Notes: generated by a model not told the origin, from the sequence alone. 64,000 bases of DNA from an uncultured delta proteobacterium (GCA_963771175.1 CAVYSY010000028.1:80042-144041), one strand, 5' to 3'; shown: positions 10,983-23,076, counted from the stretch's first letter. Translations and numbers: made by a program.

Positions 10983-12673
10983 ATGTCCCGTCGTCCTGGT
11001 CCGTACTCGGAGCGCGCGCGGCGGCGTCCCTGGTTGGGCGCCTGGGCTCTCCTCGTGCTCTTCCTGTTCTCCGCGTGCGCCACGGGCGTGCCTCGCGGCG
11101 GCATGATGGCGGGCTACCGCTATCAGGGCGCTCGTGCCCCCACCGGCCCCCCGAGAGCGAGTGGCCGTCACGGCGGAGCCCGGCCTGGAAGGGGCCACCG
11201 TGTACGAGCTGGGCTTCCTGGAGCCCGAGCGCGGTGGCCACCCGGCCGGTGCCCATCCCTCCGGCCGAGTTCCAGCGGGCCGTGCAGCGGCTCTACCGGG
11301 AGGTGCGGCTCGGGGGGAAGACGCCCCGGGAGGCCGCCCGCGAGTTGCTGAGCCTCCTGCCGCGGCCACCAGGAGAAGAGGAGACGGTGGCGAGCAGGGG
11401 GGATTGGCGGATGGAGCTGTACTGGGGCCGGGCCTCCACCCTGGTGCCGGAGAAGCAGGACGGCCCGGTGGCCCTCACGCCCGAGGCGGAGGAGACCCTG
11501 AGGGCGAAGTACCTCGGGTGGTGTGAGGGGCAGGGCGGCGGCGACTGCCTGGGCCTGTTGGACGACGGGCCCTACCTTCGCATGGACGACCGGCGGACAC
11601 TGGCCCTGGCCCTGGCCTTCGGCAACGTGCTCGACGAGACGCGCCAAGCCCTGGCGCGCGAGCTGCTGGACGTGCGGGCGCTCGTCTCCATGGTCGTCTG
11701 GACGGTGGCCCTCTACTGCATGATGTGGCTGGTGCCCGAGCCGACGACCAAGGCCGTGGCCGCCGGCCTGACCCTCATCCTGGTGGGCTACCTGGGCCTC
11801 GAGACGGTGTACGGGCTGATGGACGGGTGGGCCCGCATGGACAACGCGGCCCATGAGGCCACCACCTTCGAGGAGCTGCGCGCGGCGGGCGAGGCCTTCG
11901 GCAAGGTGCTGGGCGAGGACTCGGCGCGGGCGATGATTCTGGCGGTGGCCACGCTCGCGGGCACACGCTGGGGCAGGTGGCCGCGCGGGTGAAGTCGCTT
12001 CCGGGCTACAGCCATGGCGGGGGCGCAGTGGGAGGCGCAGGGCGGGGCGGCACTGCTGGCGCCCGAAGTGGCGGCGGAGACGGCGCTGGTACAGGAGACG
12101 GCGCTGGCCCGGGCGGTGGCGGCGGCGGAGACGGTGGCCACCTCTCCGCAGGGCCCCCTGGCCGTGGTGATGTTCAAGAAGGGTCCGGGCGGTGGGGCGG
12201 GACAGGCTCCGGGAGGCCGCTCCGCCACCACCGTGCTGCGGCACCGGGGCGGCAACCAGCAGGTGGCGCTCAGCGACGGCCAGCGCTGGCACTTGTCGCG
12301 CGGCAAGTCGGTGGCGGACATCCCCGCCGAGGACGAGGTGGGGGACATGCTCCAGGAGGCCGTCACCCGTGCCGCGAAGGAATGGGGGCCGAACAAGCTT
12401 ACCCGGACAAGGAGAAAGCCGCCATCAAAGAGGCCTGAAGCAAGGGCGAATACTGGCTGGCGCGGCTGTTGGAGCGCGAGGCCCGGGGGCGCTTCGTCCA
12501 CGCCAGGGTCGAAGAGACAGTTCGAGGGGCGCCTCGAGTTCAACCACCAGGGGGTCGACGTGATTGACCTCAAGACGGGCCGCAAGTACGAGATTCTCTC
12601 CGGAACGGAGTCGAATCTGGCACGGCACGGCCGCCGCATGGCGGGCGAGTTCTTCCGGATGCTCACCTTCTGA
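10983..12673 (+). CDS. SitA5-like polymorphic lipoprotein toxin (frameshifts)
   Basis: Lipobox FSAC; YLGWCEGQGGGDCLGLL, LVPEPTTK, EATTFEELRAAGEAFGKVLG blocks homologous to 680-2032; different C-terminal tip. Confidence 0.8.
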
Positions 12674-12684
12674 AAGGGGCGGCC

Positions 12685-13319
12685 ATGGAGTGGCTCGGAG
12701 AACGTCATCTTCGAGGACAAGGAGATTGCAAACGAACGGCTGGAGCTGACGGACAAGAGCTCGCTCTACTTCCTCGGCCCCAACCTGACGCTGCGCAACT
12801 GCACCCTCGTCCTGAAGGTGTCCGCCAGACACCTGCACATCCTCGGAGCCCGCCTCATCGACTGTACCGTCGAGGTGAAGCAGGAACTGAAGAACCACCA
12901 GGACTGGATAAGAACCTCCCTCAAGGGCTGTCGGTTCAAGGGGCGGCTGTCGGGGTGCGATTTCGGCCACTGGCCCGACTACGCGAGTGGCGAGGAATGG
13001 AAGCAGGGATCCATTGAGGACTGCGACTTCACGGAGGCGCGGCTGGATGGCTGCCGCTTCATGGGCTGTGACCCCCGCCCCCTGACGCTTTCCCAGGTGG
13101 CCCTGCTTCACCATCCTGGACCCAATCCAGAGAGCCCCCGAGCTACGCAGCGTCAAGTGGCCGGGCCTTTTCGGTGACGTCGTTATCGACAGGCTGCACA
13201 AGCAGCCACCGGGAACCAGCGCCCTGTCACTATTCGCCCCGGCCGAGGCGAAGCGGTTCGAAACCACCGAGGAAGAACTCCGGGCCGTCATCGAGAAGTT
13301 CGACTGCATCGTCTACTGA
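12685..13319 (+). CDS. Probable immunity protein, pentapeptide/beta-helix-like (frameshifts)
   Basis: Starts 11 nt after the toxin stop; LKGCRFKGRLSGCDFG...IEDCDFTEARLDGCRF repeats. Confidence 0.7.
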
Positions 13320-13354
13320 TGCAGACACTGACGGCCTCGGCTCGGCGCCCCGGT

Positions 13355-15214
13355 TCAATCCGGGAAGCGGCGCCCGGGGGCCTGCACGTACACCGTCACG
13401 TAGGCGGCGCTCATGACGGCGGCGTCCCGGCCGCGATACACCACCTTGGACTCATCAATTCCGGGCCCATCGGGCGGATCGGCCTCGAACGTCTTCTCTC
13501 CGAACTTCGTCATGTCGCGCCAACTGATGAGCGCCGCACAGAGGGGCGTTGGCACGCGGCCTCGCTCCGGGTAGAGCGCATCGAGGTAGATCCGGTCGAA
13601 CTGGATGTAGACCCGATCCTCGAACACCTTCAGCTCACCCGCCACCCAGTGGATCTTCCCATCCGGCAGGTCCATCGAGCCCACCACGGGCCCGCTCCGG
13701 ACGTTGATGTCGCCTACGCTTCCCTCGGCGCTGACGGGGATGCCCTCCACCTCGACCCGGGTGATGGGCCCCTTGTCGAACCCCAGCCGTGCGGCCGTCG
13801 CGAGAGCCTCGGGAGGGCAGCGCTCCAGGAAGCCGCCGACGTCGGGGCGCACGGGCGCGCTCGCGCAGCCCACGAGCTGGGATGAGGCGGCACAACACAG
13901 CGCGAGGAGTCCTCGCAGGGCTTTCGGTGTGGAGGAGAGCAAGGGGTGACGTCCTTTCTCGGAAGGCGCCAGCGAGGCCGGCGCGGTGGAAGCCGTGCCG
14001 AGGCACTCCACCTCCAGGGCGGACGCGCACACGGTGCGGGCGAGTCCCCACCCTAGCCCGAGCAGCACCAGCACGAGGACGAGCCCGGCGAGCGCCCTCC
14101 TCCACCCCTCGCGACGCCGCACCGCGCCCCTCTCCCCCTCGCCAGAGCCGGCCATTTCGGAGGCGGCCCGCGCCTCCTGTCCTGGCGGTGGAGGCGAAGG
14201 CTCCTCGGCGGGGGGCTCCCGGGGTGGCTCGGACTGTGGCCGGACCTCCTCCACCGGTGCGACGTCTTTCCCCCGCGCCGTGGGAAAGGCATACGGCGCC
14301 GTCCAGCCCTCCGTGCCCCCTTCCCGCTCCAGCATCCGCATCAACTCCTCGTGGACTGCCCGGGCGCTCGCGGGCCGCTGCCCCGGCTCCTTCGCCAGCA
14401 AGCGCATCACCAGCTCGTTCAGCCCCGCTGGTACGCGCGGGTCCAACTGGACGGGCTCCACCGGCGGGAGGAACTCGATGGCGAGCAGCAGCTTCTCCGG
14501 GGGCAGGCGGGGGTTGAAGGGATGGCAGTCCGTGAGCGCCTCGTAGAGCAGGGCGCCGAATGCGTAGAGGTCCACCGAGGGATGGGCGGGGAGGAGCACT
14601 CCCTTCTCCCAATCCCCGGCGCGCAGGAAGGCCGCGACCTCGGGGGCCATGTTGTGGAACGTCATCGGGGGCAGCGCCTCGGTCAGCGTGTAGGCCCCAG
14701 GCAGGGACACCGAGCCGAAGTCGATGAGGAAGGGTTTGTCATCCCCCTCCCTCACCAGGACGTTGTCTGCCTTGAGGTCACGGTGGCACACGCCCCGCTC
14801 GTGCAGCTCCGCCAGCACCAGCGCCAGCTCGCCCAGCATGCCCACCTGCCGACGCAACGGCGCGTGCGTCTTCCAGCGCCACGGGTTGAAGGTGGAGCCG
14901 GGGACGTACTCCGTGACGAAGAAGAAGTAGCCGCCCTCCAGGTCCGGCCAGCGGCCCAGCTCGCGGACGGCCAGCAGGTTGGGGTGGTGGAAGTGTCCCA
15001 GCGAGACCGCCTCCCGGAAGGTCCGCTCATCCACGCGGGCCTCGTCCCCGCCATCGCCTCGGGGTCGCGCCGCCATCTTCATGGTGTAGGGCCGCCCCTC
15101 GTGCTCCACCTGCAGGACGGTCGCGAAGCCCCCCGTGCCCAGGCGGCGCACCACCCGGTAGTGCCGCACGGTGTCTCCTGGCTGGAGCAGATCCGGGTGG
15201 AAGGACTTCGTCAT
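13355..15214 (-). CDS. Hanks-type Ser/Thr protein kinase with TM segment and C-terminal extension
   Basis: LGTGGFATV, MKMA, HRDLKADN, IDFG, MAPE, DLYAFG; true start MTKSFHPD overlaps the DUF2381 stop (ATGA). Confidence 0.9.
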   Translation of the reverse strand: MTKSFHPDLLQPGDTVRHYRVVRRLGTGGFATVLQVEHEGRPYTMKMAARPRGDGGDEARVDERTFREAVSLGHFHHPNLLAVRELGRWPDLEGGYFFFVTEYVPGSTFNPWRWKTHAPLRRQVGMLGELALVLAELHERGVCHRDLKADNVLVREGDDKPFLIDFGSVSLPGAYTLTEALPPMTFHNMAPEVAAFLRAGDWEKGVLLPAHPSVDLYAFGALLYEALTDCHPFNPRLPPEKLLLAIEFLPPVEPVQLDPRVPAGLNELVMRLLAKEPGQRPASARAVHEELMRMLEREGGTEGWTAPYAFPTARGKDVAPVEEVRPQSEPPREPPAEEPSPPPPGQEARAASEMAGSGEGERGAVRRREGWRRALAGLVLVLVLLGLGWGLARTVCASALEVECLGTASTAPASLAPSEKGRHPLLSSTPKALRGLLALCCAASSQLVGCASAPVRPDVGGFLERCPPEALATAARLGFDKGPITRVEVEGIPVSAEGSVGDINVRSGPVVGSMDLPDGKIHWVAGELKVFEDRVYIQFDRIYLDALYPERGRVPTPLCAALISWRDMTKFGEKTFEADPPDGPGIDESKVVYRGRDAAVMSAAYVTVYVQAPGRRFPD

Positions 15215-16047
15215 GGGAGCAGCCTCGAGTCCTCGAAATGAAAGCTGCGGGGACCGTCCTCCTCCAGCGTCAAGGCCAGACACCCGGCTCCTTCCGGTAC
15301 CCACGTGGAAAAGGTGTGGCGTTGCCAGTGCGGCCCGAGCGCGGCGGTGGTGATGCGCACGGGAGCCGGGGTTTCCGCGCCCGCCCGAGTTCCCCCGCAC
15401 CGGGTCTCCAGCCGGACCCGGGAGAGCCGCCAGGGTCGGGAGGTGCGCTGGCGGGTACCGATGTCCACGGTCACGAAGAGGCGCCGCTCCACCCGCAGCA
15501 CGGAGTCGACCCGGGCCTGGATGTCGTCGGACTTCTTGAAGGCCCAGCTCTCCCCCGGCGTGACGAGCTCCATCCTCGGGCGGGTCCCAGGCTCGGGGCT
15601 CGCGAGGAGCAGCGGCGTCCCCTCGCTCGCCGTGGCGAGGGACACGCTCACCTGCGCGTCCACCTCGTCCCGCCGGGTGACGAGCGCCAGCGTCAGGGTG
15701 AGGGGCTCGCCCGCCTCCGTCCGCCCCGTCACCGGCAGCAGGAGGCGCTCGCCCTCCGCCAGGTCGTGCACCAGGACGACCACCAGGGAGTGGAGGCCCA
15801 TGGGAGCCACCCCGACCCGCTCCCCCAGCTCGGGCGTCAGCAGCGCACGCGGCTCGAGCAGGCCCTCGAAGTCCACCAGCGTGGAGAAGCGCGCGGCCAC
15901 GTACAGCACGGGCAGCGCCGCGCCCGGCTGTCCCGCGACGAGCACGGTCCCCTGCCTCGGCTCCCGTCCGGTGGCCCCCGCCTGGGAGGTGGCCAGCAGG
16001 GAGACGAGGAGGACCCAGAGCGGAACCGGCCAGGGACGAGCGTGCAC
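15211..16047 (-). CDS. DUF2381-like exported protein
   Basis: Signal peptide, LPVLYVAARFSTLVDF...DLAEGERLLLPV...EVDAQV; upstream of and coupled to a kinase as is typical in Myxococcales. Confidence 0.7.
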   Translation of the reverse strand: MHARPWPVPLWVLLVSLLATSQAGATGREPRQGTVLVAGQPGAALPVLYVAARFSTLVDFEGLLEPRALLTPELGERVGVAPMGLHSLVVVLVHDLAEGERLLLPVTGRTEAGEPLTLTLALVTRRDEVDAQVSVSLATASEGTPLLLASPEPGTRPRMELVTPGESWAFKKSDDIQARVDSVLRVERRLFVTVDIGTRQRTSRPWRLSRVRLETRCGGTRAGAETPAPVRITTAALGPHWQRHTFSTWVPEGAGCLALTLEEDGPRSFHFEDSRLLP

Positions 16048-16314
16048 ACTGCCTCCGTGAGGAGGGCGGCAGGGTAGAGGAGCCCGCGCACCCGGGCAAG
16101 GACTGCTCGACCTTCCCGGTCATCCCGCGACAGGTGACTCCCGGAATCGCGTCTGGAGCTTCCAAGCCGGCCCAGGCGGATTACTGCGGCATCAGCCAAC
16201 CCCTTGCATCTCCTTTCTGGTTCCCAATCCATTGGATTGACGAGGGTGCCTGTCTCTCCGTTTGATTCGAGAACCGCGGTTTCCAGCCCGCGCGATCCGC
16301 TGGGGAGGCACCGC

Positions 16315-18511
16315 ATGTCCACCCATCTCTCGCTCCGTGGACACGGGCGGCACCTCGGTTGGGTCCTCCTGACCCTGGCCGCGCTCGTGCTCCTCGGCGG
16401 CTGCGCCACGGGCTCCCCGCGCGGGAGTCTGACGAGCGGCTTCGGCCCGCACTCGCGCTCCGCCCCGTTGCGCTCCAGCACCGGGCCTCGGCAGTCGGCC
16501 GATACTCCGAGGGAGGCGGCGGGAAGCGCCGGCGGTTTCCCCGAGCAGCGAGCGGAGGGCTCCCCGGTGGCCCCGCTCACCTGCGGAGGGGTGGCCGTAC
16601 CCCCGGGCTGGCCCGACCTGTCCTCCAGCGACACCGAGGCGCTGCTGGCCCCCTTCCTCTCGTGCTCCTCGCCCGCGGAATTCATCGCGCTGCAGGAGCG
16701 GGTGGACATGCCCCGGCTGGTGGAGAAGCTGGAGGACTCGCGCGCCGTGCGCCTGAGCGCCCTGGGGCCCGTGCGCGCGGACGCCGCCGCCCTCCTCCAC
16801 CGCAAGCGCGCCTCCTTCCTCGCCACCGCCACCGAGCGGTATGGCCTCCCCCATGCCGAGGTGCTCGCCCTCTTCCTCCTGCACTCGGCCCATGACGACG
16901 AAGTGCGGGAGGTGCTGCGACTGCTGGCCGGGGACAAGCAACTGGCGCAGACGCTGGGACTCATGCCGGCCGTGCGCGCGGAGTTGGAAGCGCGGGGCTT
17001 GCCTCTCTCGGACTGGCCGGACCGGGTCGAGCAGGCCGGAGACGTACTGCGGGGCCTGGGCCGCGCCGCCCGGGACGCCCTGTCCACCAGCCAGCAAAGC
17101 GATGGGGCGCGGTACATGGAATTGACGGCCCTCTGGGGGCGGTTGCCGCCCGCCTACCAGCGGGCCCATCACGAGGTGGAGCGAGCCCTCATGCGAGCGG
17201 CACTTCTCCCCGGGCAGCGTGGTGCTGGGCAGCTTCGACTCGATGACGTTCGGCGTGCCGCTGGGCTTCTACTCCCTGGTGGCCAGCACGGGCCATGGGG
17301 CGTACTCGCTGTCCCAGGGGCAGTACGAGCAGGCCACGCGCGAGCTGGCGCCCGCGGCGCTGCTGGTGGCCCTGTACGCAGGAGGCAAGGGCGTGCGCGC
17401 CCTCTCCGTGGCCCGGGGGGTGGAAGGACTCCGAGGGCTCCCGCCTCCAGCGCTGCGCCTGAAGGCCCTCCAGGAGACGGCGCGGCTGTTGGAAGCGCGG
17501 CTGGGCGTGGACGGCCTGCGGGAGCTGGCCCGGGACATCCGCGCCAGCCGGGAGGCGGGCCATTTCGTGGCCGTGGGGGGAGTGGACGCCGCCCTGGCCC
17601 TGCGCGAGGCCCGGGGGGATGTGGCCAGGGCCCAGGCGTGGTTGTCCCAGGCCAGGCCCGAGCGCGTCGGGCGCCCCGGCGACGCCCCACCTCGAAGAGC
17701 GCCCGTGCCGGGAAGTCCCCCGGTGGCCTGTCCTCGCTGGTGGACGAGCAGGCGGGCCTCACCCCGGAGGTGGTGGAGGCCAAGCTGGCGCGGGTGGAGC
17801 TCGACTCCACGGGCCCTCGCCTGTCCCGGGACGTGGCGCGTGCTGGAGAAGCAGCGTCCCTCCCTCGACGCCCCGCCGCCCGGAGCCCAGGGCAACCCGC
17901 GCTGGAGCGAGTACGTCGCCTACTACGAGCAGCGCCTCGCGGAGCGTAAAGCAGGGCAAGGCAGTCGAGGGGCCTCTGCGGTGGGAGGCCTATGAGCGGA
18001 TGCGGGGGTGGTTCGCCCGGGGGCTGGCCTTCGAGCGCACCATGGTGGAGTTGCTGCGCGCCGACGCGGCCCTGCCCCGGGCGCAGCGTCGCTTCCTCGG
18101 GGACTTCGACCAGCCCGCGCGTCGAGACCTACGTGGGCGTGAGGAAACCCGAGGCCGGCCTGCGCTTCGCGGACGTGCTCGTCATCGAGCAGCGGCCACC
18201 TCGCCGGACGGCCTCCTCGCGTGGAGACGTTCAGCTTCAAGAGCCGCGACCTCTCGCGGCTGGAGAAGGAGGCCCTGACGGCGCAGATGAAGGCGGACGC
18301 GAGGGAAGCCCTGGGGTATTACGGCGAGACGCTGGACATCCGTCGGCCCTCCCTCCAGTCCCTTCTCCACGAGGGCAGCAAGATGCCGGTACAGAGGGTC
18401 CGCCTCATCTACGAGGGCGGCGACCTCAAGCCCACGAAGGTAAAGGACATGAAGGCAGTCGTGGGAGAAACCGAAGAAGAGGTTCCGGGAGTGGAGGTGT
18501 TGTTCCAATGA
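16315..18511 (+). CDS. Large lipoprotein toxin with probable PD-(D/E)xK-like tip (several frameshifts)
   Basis: RBS GGGGAGG, lipobox LLGGC; reconstructed tip RGLAFE...LRFADVLVIE...VETFSFKSRD; stop overlaps the next ATG. Confidence 0.65.
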
Positions 18512-19852
18512 AGGTGCTGGAGCTTCACGATTGAAGGAGGAGGACTGCCTCCGGCTGGATCTCGAAGGTGCCTTCGACCAGCAGGCGGCACTGGAGAGCG
18601 AGCTGGAGCCCTTCCTCCAGGCGCTCGAGGAGTACGCGGGCGAGTGGATGCCGGACGTCGTCAACGGCAAGCGGCGACGCAAATACTCCCGCCCTGCCTT
18701 CTGGAAGGCCCTGGAGGAGCGGCGCAGCGAAAGAAGCACGAGACATCGGGCTCTATCGCACGAAGTGGCCCGCGTTGGACATGTCGCTCTCTCTCTGGTT
18801 CCCGCCGCTTCCTCCCAAGCTGGACATCACGCTCAAGGTGCAAGCCGCTCTCCTTCTTCGCGGAGGCGGAGCGCTGCCGCAAGTTCGTGGAGATGGTGCG
18901 CGCCTGGGCCTCTCGCTACCCGGTCTCTCATGCCTCGGCCCACAGCGCTGATGACGCGGAGTTGGCGGGCTCCCCCGACTTCGGCCGCGATGATGCAGAC
19001 CTCCATCGCAGAGACGGGTTCGACAAAATCTACGAGGTGTTCTGGCTCAACGTCTTCGGCCCGAAGCTGGTGGAAACGGTCGGCCGCGAGCGCATGCTGT
19101 CCACGCCGGCCTGGCGGGTGGAGGAGTTGCCCAACGGCTCCGTCCTCCTGGTGACGTGGCCCACCGCCGCGGACTTCGCCAGCGACGAGGCACGAGTCGC
19201 CCAGGCCCGCGCCCACGTCCACCTCCGGCCGGACCTGGACTTCGACACCGTGCTGCGCACCCTGCGCGAGCGCAGCGCCATGCTCGCCCCCGTGGAGCCC
19301 CGCTTCCACCCGGACGTGGCGCCGCTCCTCTCGCGTGTGGTGGACCGCGTCGCCAGTCACGAGCGCCAGCGCAGGATCGCCGAATTCAACGCCTGGCAGC
19401 CGCCCGAGCCCGAGGAGTGGCTCCCCGCCGACGCCGCCCTACCTCCGGACGTGGAGGACCCGGAGCGTGCTCGCGAGCATTACGCCACCCTCGCCGAGCA
19501 CCTCGTGGCCCTGCTGCACACCGAGGTGCCCTCCGTCTTCGAGGCGACGCCCGAGTCGCTCACGGACGCCGACTTCTACTTCTGGCGCGAGGACTTCCCG
19601 AAGACGCGCCTGCGGGAAGCCATCGACGCGCACGCGGTGCCCGCCATCGGCGCGTACCTGGGCGAGGTGCTGGTGCGCAACCTCGGCGGCCGGTGGATCC
19701 CGCGCCAGAAGCTCGAGGAGGCCCAGGTGCTCGTGGGCAATCGCGTCTGGTTGCCCTTTGTCCGGGCCCACCGCTACATGCGCTCCCGCCAGTCGCTGCT
19801 GGATTTCTCCCTCACCCGGCTCTACCGCGTCGCCGAGCGGCACCGCTCCTGA
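18508..19852 (+). CDS. Probable immunity protein (frameshifts in 5' third)
   Basis: ATGA-coupled to the toxin; VFWLNVFGPKLVETVGRERMLSTPAWRVEELPNGSVLLV resembles immunity-family folds. Confidence 0.65.
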
Positions 19853-19947
19853 CCTCCTCCCCCTGCCCCTTCGAGCGATCGGACAGGAGCCAGCCGAGTA
19901 GCCACGAGTGGCCGGACATGACCGGCGAGGTCATCTTCTGGCTACCT

Positions 19948-21713
19948 ATGGCTGACGTCCACCCATCCCCTCCGGAGAAGTTGCCCCTCAAGGTGTTCCG
20001 CGAGGCCGTCGAGGCTCGCCTGGAGGCCTGTTCCCCCGACGAACTGCGCGCCCTCCTCCGCGCCCTCGCCGGCCGGGTGCGCCCTTCCGAGCGGCTCGCC
20101 TTCCTCCACTCCCTCCGCGCTTCCTCGGACTCCGGCGCGAGCGACCCGTTCCGCCAGGACGCGCTCCTCGACGACATCTCCGAGCTGTCCCACGCCCTCC
20201 CCGAGAAGGCCAGGGACTGGGAGGAGGAGTGGCCCGACGAAGAGGACACCCTCGGCCCCTACGCGGAGCTCGTCGAGCCCCTCACCGGCCTCTTCGAGCG
20301 CGCCCAGGAGGCCTCCGAGCGCGGCCAGTACCGGCTCGCCCGCGAGGCCTACAGCGACCTCTTCGCGCTCCTCCACTACGAGGACGACCGGGGCCGCGGC
20401 CTCCACGCCGAGCACCTCCCGGCCGTGGACCTGCCCGAGGCCCGCGCGCGCTACCTCCGCGCCGTCTACGTCACCACCCCGCCCCAGCGGCGCGCCCCGT
20501 CCTCCTCGAGGAGATGCGTCTCATGCGCGCGCTCCTCCCCCACGCTCCCCGGCCCCTCATGCAGGAGTGGCTCGACATCACCTCCGAGCCCCTCCCCGAT
20601 CGCGAGGCCTTCCTGCGCGACTGGGTCTCCCTCCTCCGCCAGCAGCGAGACCCGGACGCCGAGGCCTGGCTGCGCGAGGCCATCCGCCTCTCCGAGGGCA
20701 CGCGCGGCCTGCGCGCGCTCGCCTTCTCCGAGCCCACCCGCCACCCTCGCGCCTTCCTCGACCTGCTCGCCGCGCTGGAGCGCGAGGGCCCGCCCCAGGA
20801 GGTCCTCTCCACCGCCCGCGAGGCCCTCGCGGTGCTGCCCGCCGGCCTGCCCCTGCGCGCCGCCCTCGCCGACTTCCTCGCCTCGGCGGCCGAGCGGCTC
20901 GGGCAGCCCGACCTCGTCCGGGATGCGCGCTGGGAGGCCTTCGTCGCCCGTCCCACCCTCTCGCGCCTGTTGGATTCGCGGGACTCGCGCCCCTCCGAGC
21001 CCGAGCGCGCCCCCGTGCTGCTCCAGGCCGCCCGGCACCTCGAGGACGTCCTCCAGCGACCCCGCAAGCCCTCGGGCTCGATGGTGGCCCTCCCCGACAC
21101 CGCGGAGGAGCTGGAGACTCCCGCCCGCGTCGACCGGCGGCTGCTCGCCCACGCCCGGCTGCTCGCGCACGACTGGGAGGCCGCCCACGCGCTCGCCGCC
21201 ACCGAGAGCCCGCTCGGGTGGACGTACGGGGACAACCCCCAGGGCACCGTCGTGCCCCTCTTCCTCGCCCTCCTCTCGGGCCAGCCGCTCGGCGAATTGC
21301 CCCGGAACGTGGCCCGGCTCTGGCAGTGGGGGCTCGAGACCGGCACCCAGGCCGGGGACTGGTACGCGGGCGGTGTGCGCCAGGACGTGGCCCTCCAGGA
21401 GCGCCTGTCGCGCGCGTATGCCGAGGCCCTCCCCGCCTTCTCCCTGGAGCCCTCGGAGGAGCAACGGATGCTGGAGTGGTGCCTGGAGGTGGCCCGCAAG
21501 CGCGCCAGCACCCTCGTGAGCCGGCAGCGCCGGCGCAGCTACGACAAGGCCGCCGTGCTGCTCGCCGCCTGTGCCGAGGTGCTGTGGCTGCGCGGCGAGG
21601 AGGGGCGCGGCAACGTGCTGCTCGCCGGCTTCCGTGAGAGCTTCCGCCGCTACCGCGCCTTCCAGGCCGAGCTCGACCAGGCGGTGGGCTCGCCCACTGC
21701 CCGACACCCGTGA
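19948..21713 (+). CDS. Hypothetical all-helical protein (frameshift near 20497)
   Basis: Continuous GC3-biased reading frame in two pieces; C-terminal RRRSYDKAA...FRRYRAFQAEL. Confidence 0.6.
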
Positions 21714-21785
21714 CAGGGCCCCCCTGTGGGCCCGGAATCACTCCGGAGTACGTTGGCCGACCCTCTTCACTGAGAGTCCGAGCCC

Positions 21786-23076
21786 ATGCACACCCGGTCC
21801 TCGCCGTTCCTCGCCTCGCTCCTGCTCGTGGGAGCCCTCGCTTCCGGCTGCGATTTAATCGACAAGCCGTCCCCCCGCCAACAAGGTGCCCGTCCTCGCG
21901 GGCGCCGTCGCCACCCCGGCCGAGGTCTCCTCCGGCAACGCCGTGGCCCTGACGCTGGACGTCGCGGATCCGGATGGGGACGCGCTCACCTACGCCTGGA
22001 CGCAGAGCCCCGCCTCGCCCGCGGGCACCTTCAGTGACGCCTCGGCGGCCAACCCCACCTGGACGGCCCCGGAGGTGACGGGGGAGACGTCCTTCCAGCT
22101 CAACGTCGCGGTGGCGGACGAGCGCGGCGGGAGCGCCCGGGGCTCGACGGTGGTGAAGGTCCTTCCTCCCAGCAACAACGCCGCCCCGGTGCTGAGCGAG
22201 GGGCCCACGGCCTCCGCCACCACCACCGATGAGCAACTGGCCGTCACCCTCTCCGTCGCCGCGACGGACTCGGACGGCGACACGCTCACCTACGCCTGGA
22301 GCCAGGAGTCTCCCGCCTCGCCCACCGGCTCCTTCAGCGACGCCGCCTCGACCCATCCCACCTGGACGGCCCCGGACGTGGGCGCCACCGGGGCGTACAC
22401 GCTGCGCGTCACCGTCTCGGACGGCAAGGGCGGCAGCGTCCAGGGCTTCGTCGACATCACCGTGCGGAAGATCAACCAGGCGCCCCTCGTGCCCGACACC
22501 ATCACCGCGCCCGCCTCGCTCAAGGCCGGGGACCTGGCCTCCTTCCAGCTCGCGGCGAGTGACCCGGACGGCGACACGCTCACCTATACCTGGGAGCAGA
22601 CGGCTCCGGCCTCGCAGGGCACCTGGTTCTCCGGCCAGGATGCCGCGCTCGCGAAGTGGTACTCGCCCGTGCTCGCCACCGAGACGTCCTTCACCTTCTC
22701 CGTCACCGTCACCGACGGGGAGAGTCCCGCGGTGACTCGCACCGTCACCGTGCCCGTGGGCGTGCCCGCCTACTCCGACGTCCAGGCCATCTGGGATGCC
22801 GCGTGCATCAGCTGCCACAACAACCCCCGGGGGGGCCTCGACCTCCGGGCGAGCACCAGCTACGCCAGCCTGACCACTCGCGCCACCCAGAATGGCGCGT
22901 GCAGCACGTTCAAGATGGTGGAGCCGGGCAACCCGGACGCCTCGGCGCTGGTGAAGAAGATAGAGGGCAACTGCGGCACCCTCATGCCCCAGGACAACGC
23001 CGCCTACTTCGCGACCCAGAACCCGAACCTCCTGGTGCGCGTGCGCTCGTGGATTCAGGCGGGCGCCAACCCGTGA
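21786..23076 (+). CDS. Lipoprotein with three Ig-like repeats and a C-terminal c-type cytochrome domain (frameshift near 21870)
   Basis: Lipobox LASGC; three D(P/S)DGDxLTYxWxQ repeats; CISCH heme motif and distal LMP. Confidence 0.8.

Noticed and set aside
13355..16165. 936-aa kinase with a long N-terminal extension
   Set aside because: The extension is an off-frame reading of the DUF2381 gene; the kinase starts at 15214
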